Shown: positions 35,251 through 49,300, numbered from the stretch's first letter. The stretch: 64,000 bases of DNA from Phoronis australis (GCA_002633005.1 NMRA01000192.1:141279-205278), one strand, 5' to 3'. The notes: generated by a model from the sequence alone, not told the origin. A program made the numbers and translations.

Positions 35251-35958
35251 AATTTGCAAGGTCCAAGTATGTTAAATTGCAATAATATCTTCAAGGTATT
35301 GCTATTTGGATGTATTTTATTCAAATCATCGTATTATTGTATCTTTAGTTATTTTAAAAAAGCGAAAATAAGAAAATGCGCGAAAAGTTGACCTTTGACA
35401 CCGTGACATGGTGTTGGGGAACACAAACCAGATCATATCCCACAATGCAGTTCACTACTATTATATCACAGTACACGAAGAACAAAGACCGTTCAACCTT
35501 GGCGTGTTTTAGCCATGGTGCATTGGTGTGTGTGTGCTATTTTAACACCACCCGGGTGGAAGGCATAAGCCCATTTAAATTCTAAAAAGACAAACATCTG
35601 GCTGCGTACTGGCAGGTTTTCGTGTGCTCTGCTCGTCTTTTGAAAATGACTGTCGAGTCAGCCATCTGTCGGAGCCGAAATATGCTCCGACCATTTTGAG
35701 GACGGCTGCTTTGACGACAAACACATCATAAAGGTTGAAGCTGGTCTTATAAAAAAGTAAGTTACCTTGAGAATTTTGATGCCTAATAATTCATGACGCT
35801 TTCGCAGTGCCTGAACAATAACAATCTTTTTTCACAATCACCGTAGTTCTCAAGTGTTTAAAATCTGTTGCTTTTTCCGTAAAAGATTTAGTTATTAATG
35901 ATCAGTAAAACTAAAAGTCACAACAAATAAAGCTGATCTCAAAAGATGCATGTATTTN

Positions 35959-36860
35959 GGAAGTTGGGAATAATGGTACCACTTCACAAGAAGGACTGCA
36001 AGTCAGAAGTGTCAAATTATCGCACCACCACACTTCTAACACCTTCTCCAAAATTCTAGAAAAGATTATATTTAGAAAATTCCTTGGACATTTAAACTCA
36101 CACGATGCCATATACCCACTGCAATTTGGATTTCTATCAGGAAAAAGTGCAACTTCCCAACTTATTATCCATGTAATACATTTACAGTTTGAAAATAACA
36201 ATAATGTCAGGTCTGTTTTCCTCGACTTAGTAGCCTCTGCCTTCGTCATCATCCCACTTGACCTATCCTGTACTCCGCATCTACAGAGCGCGAGTTGATA
36301 GCGTGTATTCAATGTCGTCTCCTCCGGGTTACGCGAACGTGGGTGTGCCCCAGGGCAGTGTTCTTGGCTCATTACTTTTTCTTCTATACATCAATGATCT
36401 TCCCGACAATATCTCATGTAAAACCTATCCATACGCAGATGGCACATCTTTATTTCTTCCTTTCCCCAATGACAATCCACAACAATAAGTGAGATTACAG
36501 AAATCTCTCTATGAATGCTCACTGTCGTGATCTAGTTGATAAGATTCAAAACTTGTTGAATACAATGAAACTTGTATCAAGACACCTAAACAAAATACAC
36601 CTGGAAGTTTTGTTCAATGCATTTGTCCTACCCCAGTTTGACTATGGATACATTATCTATCAATCCGCTGGCATTGGTGTTCTATTCCAGTTAGATCGTT
36701 TGCTGCCGTATCAGGCTGCACTTTCAATCTCAGGATAATTTAAAGGTTCAGATAAAAAGGTTCTCAATAGCTTGAATTGGTCTACACGTTCTCAAAGTAT
36801 GAAACTACACTTAACCATGTACACATTCAACGCTCTCAATAACACAAAAACAATGCGTCT
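35959..36860 (+). mobile_element. Second near-identical copy of the CR1-group LINE fragment
   Basis: 35959-36745 repeats 34466-35247 with few differences ([15 protein letters not shown]). It starts right after a single n at 35958. Confidence 0.8.
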
Positions 36861-36959
36861 AATAAGCTTATATTTAACGAATATGAAAGAGAATGCAGGA
36901 GGCCTGGCCTGATGAATATCTTACTTTCACTATCACCCCGTCACACTCCAGGGCCACTC

Positions 36960-37814
36960 CAGTGGCGGATCTAGGATATCACAAGGGGGGGGCCCAACAT
37001 TTTGTCCGGCTGTAAGCATTTGCGCAAACTGAACCACGATTGTAGATGCGCATAGCAGCGAATGGGGAGAGGTCGGGATGGGGGTTTGCCCCCCTCCCGC
37101 CTAGGAAATTTTTCTGTTTTTACCTCTAAAATACAAGCATTTTCCTTGATTCCTGAAGTAATATCCAAGAAAAAAGGAAAAAAGAAAAGAAAAACACGGA
37201 GAACGTGTCAAACAGGAAAAAATTACAAGTTCCAAAGACTCGAACTCACGACCTGGCGGATAGAGCACGCGTGCGTTACCAATTCACCACCACGACTTAA
37301 CTACTAATCTCATACTAAGAAACCTGCTTGTTTATGGTCCACAGCGTTTGCTCGCGAAACCTACTTCTCTTTGTGATGCTTATTACATGTTTTATATTTT
37401 GTGCCATCAATTCTTAACAAATTTGTCGTATTTAAAATAGGCTTCAAATGCCCAAAAGACCAAATCCGTTTTTCGTGTTGGCAATAATAACGGCATTTTT
37501 TGGAAATCGTCTTCTGGTTTGACAAAGAGAATATTGCGAGTTTCTGAGTGATCCACTAAAGCTTCGATTAAAATTCACATCTTACCTGCAGCTTCTGTTT
37601 TTTCATCGTCACTCAGGTTACATTTTCTTTAAAAAATGAAGTAAATTTTCTTCATTGCACAGTGGAACAGACGACGGAAACGGAGTCGTAGTGCGCAGCG
37701 CCACTGCCGGTCGCCTGGGATATCGCGGGAGAGCCTATATACTTAGCCATAGTTCTGTTACGAATGCGCCGCGTTCCGAATCTGACACTTGAAATTGGAT
37801 TTGAGCCCCCCCCC
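36960..37814 (+). mobile_element. hAT-like non-autonomous element (CAGTGGCGGATC family) with an internal tRNA-like cassette; runs into gap
   Basis: Starts CAGTGGCGGATCTAGG. About 750 bp are closely similar to 57193-57925. Minus-strand A/B boxes at ~37237-37293. Confidence 0.7.
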
Positions 37815-38369
37815 NNNNNNNNNNNNNNNNNNNNNNNNNNNNNNNNNNNNNNNNNNNNNNNNNNNNNNNNNNNNNNNNNNNNNNNNNNNNNNNNNNNNNN
37901 NNNNNNNNNNNNNNNNNNNNNNNNNNNNNNNNNNNNNNNNNNNNNNNNNNNNNNNNNNNNNNNNNNNNNNNNNNNNNNNNNNNNNNNNNNNNNNNNNNNN
38001 NNNNNNNNNNNNNNNNNNNNNNNNNNNNNNNNNNNNNNNNNNNNNNNNNNNNNNNNNNNNNNNNNNNNNNNNNNNNNNNNNNNNNNNNNNNNNNNNNNNN
38101 NNNNNNNNNNNNNNNNNNNNNNNNNNNNNNNNNNNNNNNNNNNNNNNNNNNNNNNNNNNNNNNNNNNNNNNNNNNNNNNNNNNNNNNNNNNNNNNNNNNN
38201 NNNNNNNNNNNNNNNNNNNNNNNNNNNNNNNNNNNNNNNNNNNNNNNNNNNNNNNNNNNNNNNNNNNNNNNNNNNNNNNNNNNNNNNNNNNNNNNNNNNN
38301 NNNNNNNNNNNNNNNNNNNNNNNNNNNNNNNNNNNNNNNNNNNNNNNNNNNNNNNNNNNNNNNNNNNNN
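37815..38369. other. Assembly gap
   Basis: Run of n. Confidence 1.
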
Positions 38370-38569
38370 TCTCTATAGATTACGCTCTAGACTTCTACTT
38401 AACTACAATTAATTTTCAACAAAGACAGGGACTGAATCCCGTAGTTTGCTAAATAAAGCTAATAACCTTATTAATGGTTCAAGTTAATTCTGTAGATACT
38501 AATCTTATGCTGCTTCATTCCGTCACATCATTTGTTTATAATAGTCTGTTGTTGTATTGAAGTATTATA

Positions 38570-40382
38570 CACCGGTGACCTAAAGTCGTGAATATAAGCA
38601 TAATAAGCAGTTGATTGTCATACTACCCAGTGCCCGTTTGCAACTGCTCATGTGATGTCATGGACATATATCAGCCTTCATAAATATACGTGTTTTGACA
38701 ATCTTAATCCTTGTTTGTATCCGTAAGCAGAGTTTTAAAACTGTCGCTGATATCGCCGGCCATTTTGAATGAGGCATGTAGATATCGCAACACTCTACAA
38801 CTTTATGTCCTCACTTGGCCGTTGGCCATTTTTCTTAATGACCACACTTACGTCGATGCAGGGTCACCAACCTTGAAATGCAATAACGTCACTGTTCTTC
38901 TTCACGAATTTAATTTCTAACGTTTTCAGTAACATCACGGCAGTCAAGTAACTGACTTGCTGTGAACCTGCAGTGGAACTCACGTGCAGAGTAATGGCGG
39001 AAGGCTATACGACTTTCAGGGCCAGAATTCGGAAACTTGACCATCAACTAGAAGAAGATTGCAAGGATTAAACATTATTTACACACTTAAATTTTCTACG
39101 ACTTCGTATCCGACTATATGAACACAAAAGTCGTGCCGGAGCACATGTAGTAACAGTTACCCATTTATTGAGTGATGCACAAAAACATAATACAGCAAAG
39201 TTCAGCCCGGAAACCGGGCAATAAACACACAATAATAAATGGGAATATTAAATTGTTATCATTATACAAATGAAAAAGAGAAATATGACGTTGACTTATA
39301 CCGCCAGAGGTCCTAAAGTCGTGAGTGCCCTAAAGTCGTGAACGATCTTATTTCCTCTTCTGCGCGGTCCTGCGACATCTGGCGTTGAAGTTTCCAGCGT
39401 TCGTCTGCTTACGAACGTCAAACGAATACCCGGACGTGTTCGTATTCACACTATGATAACAAACAGTGAGTGAGTGGCTTCTTTTTTCAAATGTATCTTA
39501 AAAACAGCATATTTCACTAATTCACTTTTTGGGTATTTTTGGGATATATTTTCGAAAATATTTAACGTTCAGATTTACTCAAACACGCGCTCCAGGGGTA
39601 GCTNCCTTTTCAATTTAGCCGGTGGAGCGTGAGACCCCTGAGGTCCCAATCGAGTCCTCACGACAACTTCGCGTTATGTCTTACGAACGTCAAACGAATA
39701 CCCGGACGTGTTCGTATTCACAATATGATAACAGACAGTGAGTGAGTGGGTTCTTTTTTCAAATGTATCTTAAAAACAGCATATTTCACTACTTCACTTT
39801 TTTGTGCACTTTTGGGATACATTTTCGAAAACATTTATCGTTCAGATTTACTCAAACACGCGCTCCAGTAGCTTGAACAATGTATCAAAATGTCCCAGGG
39901 TCGATCAAGTTTTGTAAGGCCAAAACAATAAAATACAGAGCGATAATTGATGCTGGGTTCTTAGCGATTTACGTGAGCAACCTCATTGAAAACGTCTGTG
40001 CACATCAAAGTTGGGTGCAAAACATATAACAGTTTATTTCAATTGAAACTGAATTAATAAAACATGCATGCTTATGTCATCTAGAGTAACTGTAAGCACT
40101 GTAGTTGACTGGTGTGGTCATACTTCGTGCATTTCCGTCTAAACGAAACGTTCACGACTTTAGGGCCTCATTCAAAATGGCCGGCGAATATCAGCGACTG
40201 TTTTAAAACTTTGCTTACGGATACAAACAAAGATTAAGATTGTCAAAACACGTATATTTGTGAAGGCTAATACATGTCCATGACATCACATGAGCAGTTG
40301 CAATCGGACATTGGGTAGTATGACAATCAACTGCTTAGGCCTATTATGCTTATACTGTATTCACGACTTTAGGTCACCGGTG
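38570..40382. mobile_element. Non-autonomous Tc1/mariner-like element with ~200-bp TIRs and TA target duplication
   Basis: TA|CACCGGTGACCTAAAGTCGTGAATA ... TATTCACGACTTTAGGTCACCGGTG|TA. 38570-38775 is the reverse complement of ~40165-40382. The motif CTAAAGTCGTGA is repeated internally. Another family fragment lies at ~44692-44808. Confidence 0.85.
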
Positions 40383-41159
40383 TATACATCCGAAAATTTC
40401 AGTTGATCCATTCTTGTTTTATTTACCTATATATATTCTACACTATGAGATAGGGAAACGAAAAAGGTCTAAGCGGTTATAACAAAGTCGAAATCCTTTG
40501 ACCCGTTTTTATAATGGTAACATCAAACGGTCTCTCGCCTCATCTTAGCTTTCTCAAACAACGTCATTAAAGTCACCTGTCATCTCGTTAGCCAATAGTC
40601 AGCCAGCTCCTATGAGCTACGAGTTCACAATGTAAATATCAGAGTGACAAGGCCAGTGGTACAAATTCGAATCTGAGGGAATAAGTTCTTTCGAAGGGCT
40701 AAATTTCCGCGCAGTTTCTTTGCCGTAATATTTATGAATGTAAATGTATTCACGCGGTCGCAATTTTGACGTCTGCTGGCAAATATCTTAGAACAATTCC
40801 AGTAACATACGTTTGTATCAATATAGGCAATTTTAAACTTGTCTGAGTATTAGTTCGCCAACCGAGAGTAGACTCCACCTTAATCAGTAGTCCAAGCCTT
40901 CACAGGGTTCGAAGTCTCTATCTCAAAAGTGCAGAATTTAGTCTTGAATATGACTCTGATCAAATTACTTGTGGCTATGCCAGTGATTATGGGTTCTCGA
41001 CTAATTATACGACAATTTGTAAAGTACCTCCACTTAAAGACGCTTTTAACGGGGTTTGCGAATGGGGAATAGCTGCCAGCCAAGTAGCTGTTTGCAGACT
41101 GTCGTCAAAGTATAGCCAGGTACAGCCTTTGTACAAAGATGTATACTAAATATACATCT

Positions 41160-43234
41160 TTGAACCGATGCCGGTAAAAAAGTGGTAAGATAAAATCTGA
41201 CGCAAAATTAGTGTCATTAAAAACTACTGTCTTCCTTGAGAAAACTAAATTATCTAACGTTGTTCGAAAAAAATGGCGTTCTACTGTTATTTTTGTGGAG
41301 CGATATTTAGCGACGGCTTTCGGCGCCATGAAATATTGCGTTACCTACATGCATTGGCCAGTTTCTTATTTCGCGGATTCTTCAATCAATTGTTCTTCGT
41401 TAAAGAAGTTGCGTACACGTCACAAAAAATTATCGAAACTGGTTTCACTTCATTATAAGATTTTAGAATTTTGATACCGAAAAACCGAGTTTCAAAAGTA
41501 ATTTTGCTGCTGCCAAGATATCATCTCCCGAGAGATGTCGAATATGTTTAGGAAATGGCGCGTGCGTGCGACACGAGCGTACTGTTTTCGAAACGATGAC
41601 ATACTTTTCATTGTTAGAAAAGACGGAGAGTTACGCAAGAAAATGACGTTTAGTGCATTGTTTTTCACTTAAACGGCTGTAACGGGCAAGTTGAGTGTCG
41701 GTTGATTCCCAGATTTTGCATGCACCCCGTCCGGTTTTTAGTTTTACATGTTGATACAAGCTTCACGGTTAGGTGACGAGCAGAACTACCCTGCCTTTGT
41801 GCAATTTCGGGGTCTATGGAAGAAATACACACAGTGGTACCTAGCTGTATTTTGACGATAGTCTTCTTACAGCTAGCTTGCTGGTAGCCTTGATACAAAG
41901 CTGCATATATATAAATATACAGCTTTGCACCGATGCAGGTAAAAAAGTGGTAAGATAAAATCTGACACAAAATTAGCATCATTAAAAACTACGGTCTTCC
42001 TTGAGTAATTTAAATTATCTAACGGTGTTGGCAAAAATGGCGTTCTACCGTTATTCTGCTGCTAAAGTTGTGGAGCGATCTTTAGCGATCGCTTTCGGCG
42101 CCATGAAATTTTGCGTCACCTATTGGCCAGTTTATTTTTCGCCAATTCTTCAATCAACTGTTGTTCTTTCACTAGGTTGCGTACACGTCACAACAAATTA
42201 TTAGAACTGGTTTCACCTCATTAAAAGTTTTTAGAATTTTGGTACCAAAAAATCGAATTTCAGAAGAAATTTTGTTGCTTCCAAGCTATCCTTATCTCCC
42301 GGGAGATGTCGCAAAAATTTAAGAAATGGCGCGTGCGCGTGACACGAGCGTACTGTTTTCAAAACGACGAAATACTTTTCATTGTTAGAAAAGGCGGAGA
42401 GTTACGCAAGAAAATGCCGTTAATTACATTGTTTTTCACTTAAACGGCTGTGACGGGCAAGGTGAGTGTCGGTTGGCTCCCAGATTTTGCATGCACACCG
42501 TCCGGTCTTTAGCTTTACATGTTGATGCAAGTTTCACGGCGCGGTGACGAGCAGAACTACCCTGGCTGTGTGCAATTTCGGGGTCTACGGAAGAAATACA
42601 CGCAGTGGGACCTAGCTGTATTTTGACGACAGTCTTCATACAGCTAGCTGGCTGGCTAGCTTGCTGGCTAAGCTAGGTACCACTGCGTGTATTTCTTCCG
42701 CAGACTCCGAAATTGCACGCAGCCAGGGTAGCTCTGCTCGTCACCTCGCCATGATACTTATATCAACATGTAAAGCTAAAGACCGGACGGGGTGCATGCA
42801 AAATCTGGGAATCAACCGACACTCACCTTGCGCGTTACAGCCGTTTAAGTGAAAAACAATGTAATTAACGTCATATTCTTGGGTAACTCTCCGCCTTTTC
42901 AAACAATGAAAAGTATGTCATAGTTTTGAAAACAGTACGCTCGTGTCACGCGCACGCGCCATTTCCTAATGTTTTGCGACTTCTCTAGGGAGATGTTCAT
43001 ATCTTAGCAGCAGCAAAATTTCTTCTGAAATTCAGTTTTGCAGTANCGTGTCACGCGCACGCGCCATTTCCTAATGTTTTGCGACTTCTCTAGGGAGATG
43101 TTCATATCTTAGCAGCAGCAAATTTTCTCCTGAAATTCAGTTTTGCAGTATCAAAAATCTAAAACTTATAATGAAGTGAAACCAGCTCAGATAATTTGTT
43201 GTGACGTGTGCGCAACCTTCTGAAAGAAAAACAG
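41160..43234. repeat. Two direct ~770-bp units followed by an inverted partial third unit
   Basis: 41160-41890 matches 41925-42655. 42672-43234 is the reverse complement of ~42158-42618. The ORF track shows the same spurious peptide on minus (41665, 42436) and plus (42661). Confidence 0.85.
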
Positions 43235-45016
43235 TGCATACCCACTCATTTTCAACATAGTGGATTGAAAAATGGGGACTCATTTGCAGATTGATTCTGT
43301 GAAACTTTCACGCTTTGCGAAAGCGGTGTTCCAGAAAAAAAACATTTTACCGAAGAAAACGCTTTTTGAGAAAATAACTCACTAAAGGTACCATTTCGGG
43401 GAATAACTGCCGTAAAAATGAATCCGGGTCACGTCCAATAAACCTCGCGTACCCCAAATACTCTGTACCTGTTACGCTGGGTTACATCTGTCCTGGAATC
43501 GACTGAACGTAGAGTACCCCCACTCAACAGTTATCGGAATTTTAATAATTCCACTTTCTACCATCGTTGTTTCTACTTTCATTCATGTAAATATTGTCAG
43601 TCTTACTGAGCTTCTTGTTTTTTAAAATACAAATAAGATTTGGGCTTCACTTGGCGAAGTGGTCAGTTTAAATTCTCTTAATCTGAAGTGTCAGAATTCG
43701 GCAACCGTGATAAAAATCATGTCTTTTACCGCAGCAAAAGTTTTCTGTCTGTTCAGTCTATCGACCACCGACAACCGGGGCTTCTTAGGCGTGAGTTTTT
43801 GCATTCACAGAGTGATTCTATGCTTCAAATGTAGGACTTCATTATTATTTGACACGATATCGTCGAAAACAGGATTGTTCTNAGCAGGTCCTCACACTTG
43901 CTGTTTATCACCTATCTCTTGGATCTGAATGTATAAACACTGAAGTGAATTGAAGAAGCGAAAGAAATTACAGTTTAGAGCCAATCATAGAAAAAAAGAA
44001 ACACAAGTTATGAGTAGGCCCTAAGTAATGAAACACATGCAGGACAATTTCGGTTATAGTTTGATAGGTGGGTCCCACACTCAAAATTCATTTGAGAACC
44101 AGTTACTACTACTGAATAACGGGCGTAATTCATTGGGAGTAACTCAGTAACTGGCTCCTGCTAAAATCAAGTACTAGTTAACTAGTACCCATCATCCCGG
44201 CCATATGTAACGGATTACCACAATTTTGCTTTGAGTAATCAAATAAAACCTTGAAACTTAAAGGTAAGACAAGTTCAAATCACTCTGCCAACATCAATGG
44301 TTGACAGGCAGCATTTTCACAAAAAGAATTCTTTGTATCACTCGTATATCTCACCTGTCTTTATCAGTAGTGGGACTGCAAGTCCCGGTTTTTCTGCAGC
44401 GCAAAAAGCTCCTCTGATCCTCTTTTTAGGGACTGCAGCCGGCATATCTTGTTTTGTAGTTACTTGACACAGCACTACCCTCAGAGGTATTAACTATGGG
44501 AAATCTATATGAACTACACGATCAGATAAAATATCTTGTCTCTGCGACCGCTGACCACGAGTATCAGCCATATTCCTTTTTTCCCACACACACCCGCTAG
44601 ACGTCTCTACGGTCCATGGAACAACAATGGCCGCCAGTGGCCGTCCAATAGGATTTCGCTAGCTGAAACGTCTCCCTCTCTACGGTCTCTGGCTTGAACA
44701 ATGTATCAAAATGTCCCAGGGTTGATCAAGTTTTGTAAGGCCAAAACAATAAAATACAGAGCGATAATTGATGCTGGGTTCTTAGCGTTTTACGTGAACA
44801 ACCTCATTTTAAATGTAATCAAGTTACAAAAACATTCGTTTAAAAAGTGTAGAATGTCCAACATTGGGGCATTCAGAACAAAAAATGAAAAAGACCATCC
44901 TAGAGATTTTTTAAATTTTTCACATAACCAAAATATATCTACAAACATATATTTCAATGTCCACAGCCCTACAAACTGTCTCGTAGAAGCACTTGAGTGG
45001 CACCCACTTTCAACAC

Positions 45017-46389
45017 TATAGACCTAATTCACGCGGCGGACATTAAAAACCAAAGCGAGGCTCACTGCGATAAACAAAGCGGAAGTCGACTTTGCGTGAG
45101 TTAAATGGCCGGTCTTTCGAATCCAACCTGGATATTAGATCTCAAAAATGTGTCGATAACTAACCACAGAGACGTAGAAAAATACTTCACAGAACAAGTT
45201 GATGCACCAAAGAATTGTTTGACGAAAGGATGTAAGTTTTTTTTCGAAATATAAAAAGTAAATATGACCAAATTGCGGCGATCGTAATGTTACGGATTAG
45301 GTATTATGGTGAATGCAGGGTTATGTTTCTCCTTGTAAGTTGTTGATAATGCTTTCCACATGAACCAGGTCATCTGCTCATCTTGTTGACGAGTTGAAGA
45401 TATATCCGACAGTGGTGGCTCATCGCCATTTTGCTGTCATGTGCACCTGGTTTCATTTGTTGATCAAAAATATTAACAGCAAGCCGCCTAGGTCGTGATG
45501 AAGTAGGGACTACCGGAACTAACAGTTGATTTGTCATTGATCTGAAGGAATAATTGATGTTATTGAATGTATTTTTGTTAACATAAAAACCAGGCTCGTA
45601 ATTGAAAATACAAATTATTTGACCATCAATTCTGTTTTCTTGATTTTAATAATTCTTACGTCTATTTCATGTGTTAGGATTCAAATATCAATCTGGAAAA
45701 AGTTGAATTTTAAAATTAAAACACCTAATTCGTTCGTCGAAAGCATAACCTCGTTTTAGAACTCAATTTCAGTTAACTGGACAGACCAAGCATAGTTGTA
45801 TCATGTTTCTTTCGGGGCCTCGTTCATCAGAAGAGAAAGGTGCCTGTGCCCTCTGAGAGGGGAATTTTTTCGCCGAGTGAGGGGAAACTCTACCTCCCGA
45901 TCACCATCTATAGCACCCCCGCCCTCACTGGCTCTGTCTCAAGTAGCATTTTGTGCTCTTTCAAATTGTCACCTGTGTGGTTACAGGCGATTTGAACTTC
46001 GCTGGAGAGAAATTTTCAAGGCACTTGGGGAATTTCTAGGCCTCTTGGGGGAATTGCGTGTGATCTTTTAATATTTTTGAGAGGGGAATAGGGCCTGGCT
46101 GGCCGAAGATTCTCCGGTCGTTGAAATGAAGCTCGGCAACCGAGATGCGACAAAATATGACCTAACGTTTCGAAAACATAAATTTTACAGTGACATATTT
46201 TCCTTCGTCGCGGCGTATGGCAACGACTCAACGCTTCCGAATCTCAACGTCCTTAGGGATTGTAAAACAGACAGTTGAATGTCCGTATTTTTCTAAGCCG
46301 TTCGAGCAACTCTGCCGATAAGCCAACGGAGCTATCGTAGCGAGCCTCGTTTTGGAACGCGCCTCCTGTCGGCGTGAATTAGGTCTATA
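45017..46389 (+). mobile_element. Non-autonomous TIR DNA transposon, ISL2EU-like
   Basis: Perfect 18-bp inverted ends TATAGACCTAATTCACGC / GCGTGAATTAGGTCTATA. The subterminal remnant from 45105, MAGLSNPTWILDLKNV...KNCLTKGCKFFFE, resembles the N-terminus of SWIM/YqaJ-type transposon ORFs (family call is inference). Confidence 0.65.
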
Positions 46390-49300
46390 AAAAGTGTTTC
46401 CGGATTTATGTCCCCTCTCACGTGATGAATGCAGCGAAATTATCAGTTGTATCAATTTTATTTGGTAGTCCTCATGTCCCACTTCGTAATCCCATTATGT
46501 GTTTTCTCTCATTGCATGCAACCTATCTGTTTCTTATGTAGGAAAATTGATGTTTTCGGTATGCAAAAACGTATCATTTTCTTCCTAAGCCTTTGAAGGC
46601 CTACACGTAAAAAACTAAGAGGTCAATAAGTGCAAAATTGGTGATTTTTGTACCAGAGCCACACCACGATCACATGCACAAAGTTTGAGCTGAATCTGAA
46701 AGATGATCCCCTAGAGCGATTTTGTTTTATTTCTATTGATTTTCTTGTGGAATGGCTCTTAAATATCTATTCTCCGTGATTCTTGTGACCATAACTTATT
46801 TTAATTAGCGCTGCAGATGACAGGTGAAATTACATACTTTTTATCCAATTGGATCTTTGACCATTCCGCTGTCTACCACGTAAACACATTATATAGTGAT
46901 TTGCGTCGTACCTACATCATTCAATAATAGTTTATAAAGCGATTAATTTATCATGATCTTCAAAAACTTTCGACTGATGACCTATTGCAAAGAGACAAGC
47001 TAGAATTACGGATAACTGTTTCGTATTATGTGTGTTTTACGTTGATTATTTTCCTGATTAATGTAATAATTTACACTTTGCAATACGCACCCTGGTCCAT
47101 TAAACAAGATATTTTTAGAAGTGAAATGAAAAGTACATATAATTAGCTACCAGCGTATGACAAATATTGACGCAAAACACTTCACATGCAAAACATTTCC
47201 AAAATGGTGTATCAGATAAGGTGGCGGTCAGTACCGGTCAAAAATGCTTAAAAATACAATGCAATCCTTAGATCCGACCGTAGAACTGTAGACTTAGAAT
47301 GCCACATGTATTCTTTTTTAGAGCTTGCGATCCAGAAAAGAAGCTGCGAGAGTTTGCATTGTAAATTTCGGGTTGTCTGCTCGACTGAGTTTTGATCGAG
47401 AGTTGTTCATTTTTTCCGGTGGCCTACGGTAACATCATGGCATTGCATAGCAATGACTGAGAAATCTTCCGCCATTTCAGGTAGCCCTCAAACATACCAA
47501 AATTGCAAGAAAATAAAATGATTGGATGGTATGTCCTCTGGACCACATTTGTAGAATCTGAAATAAATTTTCAGTCGTCGCTTTAAATATAAAACGTTGT
47601 GCATACGCTAAATCTTGTCAACAGCCCTCCTTAAGAAATATACATAGGAACGGACTATTAGCAGTTTAAATTAGGGGAGAGAAGTACATAATTTGCCGAT
47701 AGCCTATTGCAGTGTATGTGATTTGTTACTGCCAAATACCAGCGTTATTGGTGAACAATTTTCCACGTCCCTCGAGATTTCACTGAAAATGGATAAACGG
47801 ATCCGCGTTCAGTTGTGTAAGAAAAAATTGTTACCGGTCGGTTTTTGGAAGTTGCATTCCCTTGGGGAGAGCTCATAATTGGTAGGAAGTTCATTTTCCA
47901 ATTCGGGGTGATGCTGGGAACATTTTTAAGAGAAAAGCTGCGAACTCAGCAGCGATTTGTTTCATTCCTTGAGTAATTTGCAAGGTGATAATGTTTACTA
48001 CGGTATCAGATTTTGTTGCCTAGAGATGAAAACAAACGGGCAGAATTAAGATATTCAATTCCAAAGACCCATGGTGTACATAATAGGCTTCTAATAGCTC
48101 CATCCTCTTTCATCTTATTTCACTGTTACGTAGGAATAAATTCCGTTCAGTACGTACTGGCAAACATGTGAAGATTTGTGAAAAAACGCTTTGCCAGCTC
48201 GCTTCTATAAGGCTAGCACCAAGGAGTGTACGAAGAATAGGAGAGTTCACTCCGCCATCTTGCCATTCACCGCAATGGTTATCGGTCGAAAAACTAGCGC
48301 CCCATGTGGCGAATAAGCAACATTAATTTAGCGGTGCAGTCCGAATCATGTAAACACTGATAAATTCAACTTTCATGATGTTCGGCGTGCAATACAATTA
48401 CTGTGTGATTGAAAATTTGTAAAACACGTAAACTAACATCCACTTATAATCGAATGAGAATGAAAATGTGTGTTTTAATCAGTATTAAAGTGTATTTGCT
48501 TTCATTCTCTTGAAGCTCCCTTCAAAAGCAGCCATCAAGGTTTTGATTCATGTTTGAGTTTTTATAATAAAGCAAATTACCGTTCCTCGTAACATTTCAT
48601 ACCTTTATAATTTTAGTGATTGCTCCTGGGGGTTCAAGGGGGTTGCCGCCAGGTGCCAGCAAAAGGGTACAAGGGAGAAGTGCAAACCAGGTGGGCGCCA
48701 AGCGGGTGTTGATCGCCTCTCAGGGGGGCACATGGGAGGAGTGCTTAACTGGATCCTTATGAAACGACAAAATGATACGTCTGGGGTTTTCGTGGATTAA
48801 CAGTACAAAATGCCCTCTTCCCCATTGTTCTCGCGTTTCCTACTTGACCGTTGCTTATTCACCACTTGGCGGCGGTAGTAGTAGCGGACGCATCCAGTGA
48901 TGTGTACAGCACCAGACAAAATCTTATGCGACCTATACAGTGCCCCTTAAATCACTTTAGTGTTGTCCGTTTTGCTAGTAGTCTACGTAGTTCCAGTCGT
49001 CTAGTACGTCACATGCCTAGAGCTTAATATCGAAACACCCGTCTTTCACTCACGTGATCACTGCACAACTCACAACATCGATTAACTATTGCCACTTGTG
49101 TTTTAACTAAATTGTCACCATCAATTTAACTATTGTCACCAGCCATTTAGCTTTATCTTCATGAGACACTTTTTCACAAGAGCAACGCCCGTAACCATGT
49201 ATTGAAACGATGGTGCGAAATATGAAATTGGTAGACCTCTGACTCAGTCCCGCGGGACATTTTATTCCTACTATAATGGGTAACAAATTTCCCACCTCCC

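Noticed and set aside
34466-36745. Biologically meaningful tandem duplication of a LINE fragment
   Set aside because: The second copy begins exactly at a single-n join (35958) and is near-identical, so it may be an uncollapsed haplotype. Reads are needed to resolve it.
39400-39870. Internal ~200-bp duplication in the Tc1-like element, and likewise 42944-43150
   Set aside because: Both flank single-n joins (39604, 43046), typical of contig-overlap artefacts.
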